Positions 17,355 through 29,300 of a stretch of DNA of 35,435 nt are shown one piece after another. Position 1 is the first letter of the stretch. The number at the start of each line of letters is the position of its first letter. The position numbers and the translations under genes are program-made. The notes below the pieces were generated by a model that did no database searches, was not told where the DNA came from, and saw only the letters and a program-made list of their open reading frames with translations. Source of the DNA: a virus (taxonomy: Duplodnaviria > Caudoviricetes); IMG/VR virus record IMGVR_UViG_3300005077_000061, positions 1 to 35,435 of that record; one strand, written 5' to 3'.

Positions 17355-20300
17355 ATGGGTGACGATCTTCAGTTCAGGCATAAAAAATCAAATATGGGTA
17401 ATTATTATGAAGATAATAGTGATGATTTACAATTAATACATAAAAATGATAAATTTAAAAAAAATTCAGTAACAGAAAAAGAAAAACAATGGTTTTCGGA
17501 TAAAGCTATAATAAAAGTAAACAGGCCTATTAGTACTAATAACCCATTAGATATAAATGCGATTACAGGAAGTATAGCAAACAGTGTCGTCTCGGGGTTA
17601 AGAAAAGAAGACCAAGAACAGTTTAGGCCATATTTGCAAAGAACAGCTAAATTAAACCAATTCAATAATGCAGATAAAAATAAATTCGTGTCATACATGG
17701 ATAGCAAATCTGATAAAATCAGTAAGATTGTTGGAAGCGACCCTACAAAATTTGACAATGATATATTGAATTATTTAAAAAAGAATCCTGATGATGAAGA
17801 AGTAGCTGATTTTTACAAGTCGTATAATTCTGACGATGGCAACTGGGATGAAACAATGCACCCTGACAATTATTTCACTTCAAAGGAGAATAAAACCCAT
17901 TTTTTAAACATGGTGTACCATAAGAAGCATAAGCAACAAAATGTTCAAAATAGCGGCGTTTCTGGAGCGATTAAGAACATTCAGCAAACAGCACAAAACA
18001 TTTCTTCTAATATAACGAATAAAAATATACAACAACCTGCTGATAAAGAAAAAAGTGCAATAGAAACATTGTACGGTGTAGTACAAACTGCTATACCTGA
18101 ATTAAAAAACACTAAATTTGATGATATTCCTAATCATGCTCTAAAAGCACTCAAAGAAGGTAGGGATTTATATAATAAAGATTATATGAATTCATTATCA
18201 CCTAAAGAAAAAGATTACATGATTGAATTATCTAAAAATCCTCATAAGCAAAACAGTAAAGAATGGATAAAATACAATGATATAGCCCGTGACAAGTTTA
18301 TGAAGAACCTTGAAAATGTCATGGATAAAGATGAATATGATAATTTAATCAAAACCAAAGAAAGCATAAAGGAGCAAATCAAAGAATTAGAAGCTGAATT
18401 CAATAACAGCAGAAGTATGTTGTCATTTATGCCTGTTTATTTTGATACTATGAACTATGCAGAAATTGCACCTGAAGAATTCAGAAAATTCAAATCAGAA
18501 AGAACAGGCAAGACTTTAATTGATTATGAAAAAGAATTGGAGAAAATTGAAAAAGCAGAATACATTGACCAATATTATATATTGAATGACAAAATTAGAC
18601 AATTCCAAGAACATTATTTCGATATAAAAGATGGTAAAATATCATGCAAAGACCCTAAAGCCATAGATGGATTAATAAATACAATTTTAACAGAAGGTTC
18701 ATTGCATGTAGGAAGAAAAAAGTGGGATAGGAGTAATTTTACTAATTATTTTGGGGAAACATCTGGTATAGCTAAGCAAATAGGAGAATCATTAGCGCCT
18801 GAAACATGGTATGAAGGTTTGGCTAAATATTCTGGTCCGGCAGGTCTCGGTATAACAACATTATTAGATTTTAAATATAAAGATGTACTACCTCATGAAA
18901 TGCAAGATTTTCTTGGTGTATCTGATTTCGAACCGGGCGAATTGGAATATTACAATTATATTAATACTAAAATAACAGAATTGAAGCAAATACAATCTCA
19001 TTTAAATAATTTCGGTAAAATAGATTTTAGTAAAAAGGATACCGGCGTATCCGGTGTAATAAGAGACATCGGTTCGTCATTATTTCGTGGCGCTACTGAT
19101 TGGGCCGATGATAAGATGAAAAGATTATGGTATGGGAATAATATCATTGATAAAGATATTGTATTTTCTAATAATATAGATACCAATATAGATGCTGCTA
19201 ATTATTTAAATCTTGCAAGATATAGTAATGCTGATATATTACAATCAACGCAGGGTTTATTATATAATATGGCAGAGAATAATGTAATTAGTCCTGAAGA
19301 ACTCAATAGCATTATAGAAGAAGGTGACTGGAAACGTACCGCTGTATTGTTTGGAGACAGAATAGGCGATATGATACCGGATTTAATTGTAGGCGGGTTC
19401 AAGATAGGAACGAAAGCTGGCGAAATGGTAGGTTCAAGGATATTAAATACAGCAGAAAAATTACGTGAACAAAATAATATAAAAAAAACATTATCATATA
19501 TTGATGAATTTAATGCTATAGATGATGTACCGCATATAGTTAATTTTAGAAAAAAAATGGGAATGTTTCTAAACCCGAAGGGGTATTTCCAATCATTAAA
19601 AGGCAGAAATGCAGAAGAAGGGATTGAAATAGCATCTGCATGGGAAATGGCTAATCCTATTTTGTCAACATCAAGAATATCCGGTGGTATGCTTGGAGCA
19701 ATGTTGTTTCGAATGGACCCTAACATGACAATCGAAGAAGCTATTGAAACAACTAAATCCGGTATAATGTTTGGTGCATTGACGTCTGCATTAGGAACTT
19801 ACTTTACTAATGGTGCAAGAAGTTTATCATTACAATCAAAGAACATAAATAATTTATCAAGAATAAATAAGATAAATGGCATTAGTGAATACCAAGCTGC
19901 AATAAACAAGAATATGATTACACTAAATACTGTCGGTAATACTTTGGGAGGCATAACCGGCACCACAGGTATTGGAAAAGTAATAGAGAATTGGTTTACT
20001 GGCGAAGAAGCACCGCCTGATTTTAATAATGAAGTTTTCCTTGAATTAGCGACAAATCTTGTTTTTTCGACACAGGAAGCCATGCATACAGCTAAATACG
20101 GAAGTGGCTTAAAAAAGATAAAAAAGATAAGGGATATACAACATGTAAAACATGAAAAGAAACTTCTTGACAACATCAATATTGATGAAACAAGTAATAT
20201 CGTAAGCATCATAAGTGATATAGAAACAAACAAAAGGAGCGGAGCACAATGGGAAGGTGACAAGTATGCAATTGTTGAAACCGTAGAAACAGGTGAACAG

Positions 20301-23300
20301 ATAATGCGCCGCTATGCTAATAAGGAAAACGGCGAACAAATAACGGTAGGAGATTTATTACACATAAAAAAACTTGTAAAAGGGAAAAAGAATTGGCCAG
20401 TTAAAAAAAGAGCAAAAGAATTTCTTGATAATTTGATTGAAAACAATAAAGATATGCCAATTGATTTTAAAGATATTGGCGATAAACATGCAGGCCAGAT
20501 AGATGCTGAAACGGGTAGAATTACAATCAATACAAGATTGTTTGACCCATACAATATGGACCCGTTAATGTCAGAATCAAATGCTGTTGATAGAATCATT
20601 TATGTAATGAGTCATGAATTGGGCCATAAGCCATTGATGGACGCATTTAATTCCGGTGACACTGAAACAATAACAAAATTGTCCAAAATATATAATGATT
20701 TTGTTGAGATGTATTACAACAACGATGGTGAAGGAATTGCATTAAAAATGAACAGCAATAAATTGAATTATGTCTTAAAATCCATGATGAATGAAAACGG
20801 CAAGATACCATATTATAATGTTGAATCTCCAACAAATGAACAAAGGTTAGTATTAGAAGAATTTTTTGCTCAAGTCAACGATTTGTCTATACCTGTATTC
20901 CATAAATATCTTAACAGAATGGGCATGAGATATAAGAATAACTCTATTGGTTCTGTCATGAATAACATGCGTAATTATATATTAGAAAAAACAGGGGCAA
21001 GTGAATATGTAAGAAATTATACTAAATCTGTAAATGATGCATTATTAGCATCATACGAACCCAATAGAATACAAAACACAGAAGTGTTAGAACACATAGA
21101 TAACAGTATCAGAAACATGAATATGAATTTCATTACCGATTCTTATAATAAAATAGAATTCAACGAATCAGTAAAAGAACAAATTGGCCGGGCCGTTAAA
21201 AACTATTATAAAACAGCAAGTATGGAGAAAAAACTGGAAAAACTTAACAAGCCTGTTACTATGTTTATAGATGATTTTATTAATAAGTATGGCGAAGATA
21301 TTACTAAATCACCTGTATTTGGGAAAGAACTAATCAAATATATAAAGAATGAAACTGATTTGTTAAGACAACCGGGGCAAAACAATCAAGCATATAATAT
21401 TCAGGATATATTGAGGGATTTAGATGAAAACGACCGTATTGATACTGAAACTGATTATAACGATATTAATTACACTCAAAAATACAAGTCAACTGATCCT
21501 CACATTAAAGAACTTCATCAGAGATTGGGCATTGAAAACACGTCGGACTTCAAAGAAAGATTTATTGGTAAAAAATCTGAGGAAATTTTCGAGGACGTAC
21601 ATAACTTACTTCAAGAAAAATATTCCGAAGAGATGAATGCTGACAAATTATTCAATTATGCCAATATTTTATCATTAGAATTATCTAATATGAAAACGGC
21701 TGAACCGATTCATTTGGATATAAATTTAAATGGTGAAGCATCTGCCACGCTATATATCAATGATAATGCTGCTGATTTCACACAAACCGACAATGTTATC
21801 GTCGAGCCTGTATATAGTAAGAATTATTGGGAAACAAGAACAAAATATTTTGACAATAAAAATTGGAATCAAAACTACAGAAATGCCATATCACATTTTA
21901 ATGAAGCTAAATATTCTAAGGTAGTAAGTTCTAAAACATCATACACTAATGATAGCAATAATTTAAAAACAAAAAGAGGGCACGGATTAACAGTTGATAT
22001 GCTGAAAAATAACGATACTAAATTATCATTATTTGAAAAGGGTTATTTTATACCGCCTAAGGAGAGTGGTTCTTTAATGTTCAAGATGCCCAAATCATTT
22101 AAAGCAATGTTAGCAACCAATACACCGGAACAATTACTTAAAATATCGAAATCAATTTTTCATTCAAATTTCAAAAGATTCTTATTATCAGATAACGTAT
22201 GGAATGGCTTATCAGATGGCAAAGATTTAATGAATAGAATAAAAAATGAATATGGCGTTATGAATTTTGATGAATTATACAAAGGAATAAAAAGCGAGGA
22301 GATGGACTATACGAAATTGTTTCCTAAAGCTGATAGCGATATAATTAATAAAAATAAAGATAATATTGATTCAATGATAATGCCATTTATAGAAAAGGGT
22401 AAAAAATATTATGATGATTGTGATGACCACCCATTAAACTGGGATGTTGAAGAACTAAAAAAAGACGGTGACAAAGAATTACGCAAACAAGCAATAAAAG
22501 CATTACATGCTGCATACAATGACACATGGCATTGGTCTCTTGACAATTCAGGCCAATCAAGAATGTATAACGATAAAGGTTCACAGAGAGAAACTGGTAA
22601 ATTATTTGAAAAATACATGAACGTCCACATGGGTAATTCAGCACGGAGAATGGCAAGCGGCAAAATATTTGAAACATTTATCGAAGGATTCGCAAAAGTT
22701 GATGATGTACAGGAATATTTACAAGGCAAAAACATAGTTAAAGAGGGCGATGATTATTTTATAAATAGCATGTTGTATAATCCTATAATGTTTGAACGAG
22801 CTGGCTTATTAAAAGGGCATTTTGATAAAGACCCTACAGATGGTGGTGCTTATGTATTTGATGATATAACGGAAGTATTGGATGCAATTAACGGAGAAGA
22901 ATCTGGTGTTATATCAATGTACAAACCCAAAGGTTATATAATAGATAACAACAACAATACAGTAATGCTAAAAGGTGCATTCCACAGATTGGATAAAAAT
23001 AAATTTACAGATAATTGGTCACGGGAATTTCCGGAATTTTTGGATAAATTTAAGTCACAAATATCATTAATGATACCTAACACTATGACAAAATCCGGAA
23101 ATTCATTTACCACGAATGTAAAGGAAATTCCCGAACTTAATATTAAAGTCGGTATCAATAATGCAGGTGAAATACTATGGACATCAAAAGACGGAATCAA
23201 AAAAGACACTAATAAGGAGATGATAGATGGTGTATATGATTATGCAATAGAGAAATTACAACAAGGGATAGTGCCTGACTTTATGAAATTGAAAATACCA

Positions 23301-26300
23301 TTAACCGGCAACAATGCTATAATGTTTGATACACCGTCACATCCGCTTGCAAAACCGACCAAACTTGCATTTGGGATAATGGACATACCTTACACCGTCT
23401 CAGAGAATGGTTTTTTTCAAGGCGAAACCGGAATGGCAGCAAGAGAAGCCATAAATAATTTGAAAAATAATCTTGTAAATAAGTATTATAAAAACATAAA
23501 AACCATAACATCGTTAAGAAATATCTTCAGAGAAGGAAAATATAATGTATCAGAATCAATTAATAAAGAAATAGGGACATTTATTAATGATATATTTACA
23601 GATTATATAACAAATGCTGATGATATGACATTGTCTAAAGTTACTAAATTAAACAAATCATCTGCACTGAATTTATTAAAAAGTTCAGTTTTGGACGGAC
23701 AGTTTCAACATGAATCATTCCCTAAATTATTAATGTATTTTCCTGATTTATTTGCTTCAAAACCACAAGGTAAGTATAATCCAGGTGCAGGCCATAATAC
23801 TACATTAGCAGATATGGTAGCAAATGAAATAGATAATTGTTTAAAAATGCGTACAACAGGAGCTACATTAAACCTAACTATTGAGAATAACACAAAAGCT
23901 AATATATTAAATGGTGCGCATTATAGTTATCATTCTTTAGTTGAGAACAATAAACGTTTATCAGATGAAACTAAATCTAAATCATTAAAATATTATTCAA
24001 GATTAGCACAAAGTTTATTAAATGAATATATAGACCCTAATACAGGGCTTTTAAAGGACTATTCCAACGGGATAATAGTATCAACTGACTATTTAGATGT
24101 AATGAACAAAGAACGCTTTAATAAGGGCTTAAAACCGCTGCAAATAGGCAGTAGGGTTCTTGGTGTTCGAACACCTGTAGATGGCCCTGATAGCATGGGA
24201 GCATTTATGATAGTAGGTGTATCGGAAAAGAAAGGCACAGTACAGATTAATCATAAGATGGGTATAGAAGTATTCGGAACAGACTATGATAAAGACGGAT
24301 TTGGATTGAAAGCAGATGATACTGAACTTGTAGAAAAAGATTTTAATGCAATATATGATTATTGGTTGAATTCGGGCGTTAATAAAGGCATATTGAAAAG
24401 CGATGCTAAATTGATGGCACAAGAAGAAAAAGAATTTAATGGAACTAATTACACGTTCCCGTCTAAATATGGCTTAAAAGAAGAAAAATATGATTATAAA
24501 CCGCAACAATTAAACCATTACGACGCTGCTGTTGGTGCATTGACAGGAAAGTCAGCAGCAATATCCAGAAGAACATTAATAGCAAGGGCTTTTGAAAATC
24601 TTGGTAAAAACGAATACGACATAATAAGCGGGCCATATAAAATAAAATTAAAAATCAACAATGAATGGACAGAGAAGAACGGAGTAAAATATAATATATT
24701 TTCATCATTATCAAACTATATAACACAAAAATCTGTTGATATAAATAACCAAAAAAATATAGCACCGGATAATGCTATGTACGATATGATTATTGATAAA
24801 GTTGAAATAAACAGGCCATCTGAAGAACAATCAGCAAACATGAATATTGATTATATGAATAATCCCTCATTGTATGGGAGAGTCCATGCTGCAATACAGA
24901 AGGAATTAACAAGAATTGCTGAATTTGATGTAGGTAAAGCAGAAAAATATACTAACAGAAACAGCTTGATGTATGATGCAATGTTTGAAAGCAGGCATAA
25001 AGATTCTTATCCTAACAATATCAATTCATTATTATATGATAAGGTAAATAACGATTACAGTAATATATTTTTGGGAGGGGATAAAAAACCTTATAGTACT
25101 GAAATGTTAAGACACAACATAAATGGAGAAATCAATAAAAGCATTATTGATATTAAAGATGAAAGATGGATAGATACTAAATTATTAACCGCCGATGATA
25201 TTAACAATATAGATATTGTAAAGAATAAAATTAATCGTTTATATTGGTTTATATCAGATAGAACTAAATCAAAACTATGGCGTAGTGGCAAAAAAGACGA
25301 TACATACGCAGAAAAAAGAGATATTTTTGATGAATTTAAAGCAGTAAAAGCAAGTAAAGAGAATAAATTCAAAGGAGTATATCAGACAAATGACCCGTTT
25401 GATATTGGCCTTGCCGATATGATAACAAGATATTATACTAAAAACGGATATTTAACAGATAAGGATATAATAAGGCAGTTGAAAAACGGGGATTTGATTA
25501 AATTTGATAAAGATAGTGGCTTGTTAAAGCATATAGTTAACAACGAAGTAGTTCATAAAACACGCATTAATAAAATATATGATGCTAATGGAAAAAGATT
25601 AGAATGGATACCTGATGAATTTATATTGTCGAATGACCAGCCGGGACGTATTTTAGGAGATATATTCGATAAAAAAATGCCACCAATGTCTAAAGATAAT
25701 CAAATCGAAGATATGGTATGTGACATGATTGACCATGCAATGAAAACAAAATATTCAGGGAATATATCTGAATCAAAAAAAGCAGCAATTGTTTCTTATA
25801 TGGCATTATCAGGTTTAAAAGGCAACCATGGGTTTAGTTCTACAATGCTTGGCTCAGGTTATAATAAAGGTATGTTAATTAATCCTTTGATGAATTTCAA
25901 TATAAATAAACATGTACAGGAAACTAAATATAAAAATGATATAAACAAAATAGCACAAGTAGCAAAAAACCATAAAGAAAGAAAAGAAGCCTATATTGAA
26001 CAAAGGAAAAAAGACTTTATGGATACGAGTGAGGAAGGTGCTATCTTTGATAGTGATGTATTTATGGAAAATGAAACTGCCGGATTAATATCGACAATGG
26101 CTATTAAATTAAATAATAAAGGCTATAAATTATATGTACCATCAGAAAAAGGAATGAGTAATATCCATAGCGTAATCAACAATATTAGCAAAAACTATGG
26201 TAATATGCTACAAAATAGCGAAATAACTGTCAATAAAAATTACATGCCAATGCGTAATATAATACCTGAAAGAGAATTGTCAATAAATAAGAAGTCGATC

Positions 26301-29300
26301 AACAAGCAAATGGGTATATTATTAAAAACAGGCAAGGAAAGCGGATTTAAAAATGAATTATACAAAATGAATAAAGACGAATTTTTTAGATGGACTAATG
26401 AAATATTAAAGAATTATTCGGTAATACCAGCATTTAAAAACATAGCCAAAAAATCCGGCTTCGAAAAGAATAGCCCTGAATATAACGAAGTGATGGACCA
26501 GGTGAATGTCTTTATGAGAGGTTTTGTAGGGAATCATTACGAAGCAATGCATAAATATTTTACTAATTCATTAACAGGTGACAGATACGTTAATCCTCAA
26601 TCTGTAGTATTTGCATTGCAAACATTAAAAAACATACAGGCGCAGCCAATATATAACAAATTTTTCCAATATGCAGGTTATCATTCAAGAAGAGCGAACA
26701 TGGTGATAGATGCTGCATCAGATGTAAGAGATAAAGACAATTATAATTCAATGTATGAAATAATGAAATTATATGATGTAACCAATAAGGGGCATACTAA
26801 CAGCAGAACATCATATAATATTGGTGATATAATAGAAACAAACACAAGCACCCAGTCACCTTATCATTTTATGAATAAAAATCAGATTAATTATATAATA
26901 CCACATAATTATATAATGGATACTAAGGATGCTGTATTTGGTGCATTAGCAAAAGCAAGCGACCATTTCAACAAAAACAGAAATAAATATAACTCTCTTA
27001 ATATGACTATAAAAAACGGTGTTGATATTATAGATAATAAGTATCAAGAATTAAGGGATATTATAGATTTCCAAACAGAATTTAGCAGGGGAAAACCTTT
27101 AACAGGGAAAATAATAATAAAAAATGCAATAGATAATGAAATGGCCGGAAATAGTGCTTACGATGCCTTATTAAAAAAAGATTTATCCGAAAACGATATA
27201 ACAGACCAAAACATTAAAGATTTCGTTGAAAGTACGATTAAAGCATACGAAACAGTTCACGGCGGGATAAAAGAAAAATATGATAATGACTCTATCAATG
27301 AATTTGCGTCAGCGTTTAAGGCTTATGCAGTATTAAAATTAAACTTTTCAAAAGCGGCGGATACTATGATGTCAATGGCATCAATGATAGCTGATAAATA
27401 TGATAAATGTACAGATGAATATAATCGTGGCCATATATTAACTTCAATAAAAGAATTGAAAAAATTCAGCAAGTTATTTTATGAAGCTGATTCAAAGACT
27501 ATGAGAAACATGTCAAGAGAGTTTTATAACAAAAAAGGCAACATTGATGTTCTCAGTGAATTAATAGGAGGATACAATGAAGACATGCAAAACGTAGCAG
27601 GCCAGGAGATGAACGAAAATAGCATATTTTATAATAAAGAAGCACATGATAAAGCATTACATATTGCAAGCGCAAAAATGGCTAAATTCAAAGGCTATGT
27701 AATTGGTACGAACGAAAGAGACCCTAATCCGGTTATAATGTATGGTAAAAGCATGTATAACAAGGGGATGGATAGGAATGATATTATTTTCAATATGGCC
27801 AAAATGCTTAATATGGGGAATAATAAAAAGAAATTAAGCGAATTGAAATTAACACCTGCTAAAATGGCAATTAAAATGTATTCGGCAATAGCTAATCATG
27901 ATATGATAGCAAATACTCACGGCGGATATATGTATAATATCTTAAACAGTATAGGTGCAAAAGGGTTCGAAAGGCCGTATCATACCCTTGATAACGTTGA
28001 TAAACGTGAATTCGAATCATTAGCAAACAACATAGTAAAAGACAAGATTGATAATATAATGGATTACCAGACTAAGTTACAAACTTATCAGCAGGGTAAT
28101 AAAAGCAAAATATATTGGCATCATACAGATATGGCAAAGGCAGATAAATTCTTTGAATTTAAAAAAGAAGATGATTTTGCCTACAATATAGATGCTTACG
28201 ATATTTTTGAACATTATATAGAAAGAAAAGAAGGTAATGAAGAAATCAACACTGATGAAATGTTCAGATATGATAATGTAATAATCAATAACAAAGTCGA
28301 ACAAATGTTTAAGCAGGCATTAATGCCTTATGAAACAGCAATGAGAAACGAATACCTTAAAAACCCTGACAAGAACGAAATATCACATCAGGTAATATTA
28401 GGTGAATTATCTACAATAGCGGGTAAAGAAACATTATTTAATAAAAGAATAGACCCACAAGTATTCCATGATGTATTAGACAAAATACCGGAGAACAATA
28501 AAAAGATTGCTGTAATGAATGAATTAAGGCCCGGCACTGACATTAATTTATCTTATATACATGGCGATAATATTGTTGATTATACCAATTCTAAGCAAAT
28601 GAAAGGGCCGAAAATGTTTAATATGACCGGTAAAATATTAGGCCTGCTCCAACCGGAAATAAAAGATATGACAACATATGACATGAACCCATATTCAGAT
28701 GCAGAATTTAAAACGGCTAATCCATTGCCTAACGAAAGGTATATAGCAATGTTAGGTACAGGCAGCAATAGTAATAAATTGTATGTAATAAATATCGATC
28801 ACGTAGTAGATTTGTATTCAGGCACTCCTTATAGTAAAATTGACAAAAGTATAGCTAAACATACTAATAAGGTAATGAATAAACACGCTTCTTCTTTATT
28901 AACTGAATTGCATGATAACGCAGATTTTAAAAATACTGAATATACAAAACATTTAAGGGAGTTACTTGGTGAGCTGCCTGAACAATTCAGCTTTAAAAAC
29001 AAAGAAACCAATGAATACAAGACAGTATATAATAATAGCAGAACAATTAAAAACAATGCTACTAAATTACATAAAGAAATAATCCAGATAAAAACTGATA
29101 ATAAAAAAGGCCTTGCAAATAAATTGAAAAAATTCCATAAATTCTACAATAAAATGCAAGCATGGGAAGTGTACCAAGGCGGTAAAAATGTTATAGAATT
29201 ATTAGCAGGGGCAGCGATAACCCCATTTGAACCGAATATCGGAACAAATTTAATGGTAGATGCTGCCGGCAAAATAGTAGGAAGAAACATTAAAATAGTT

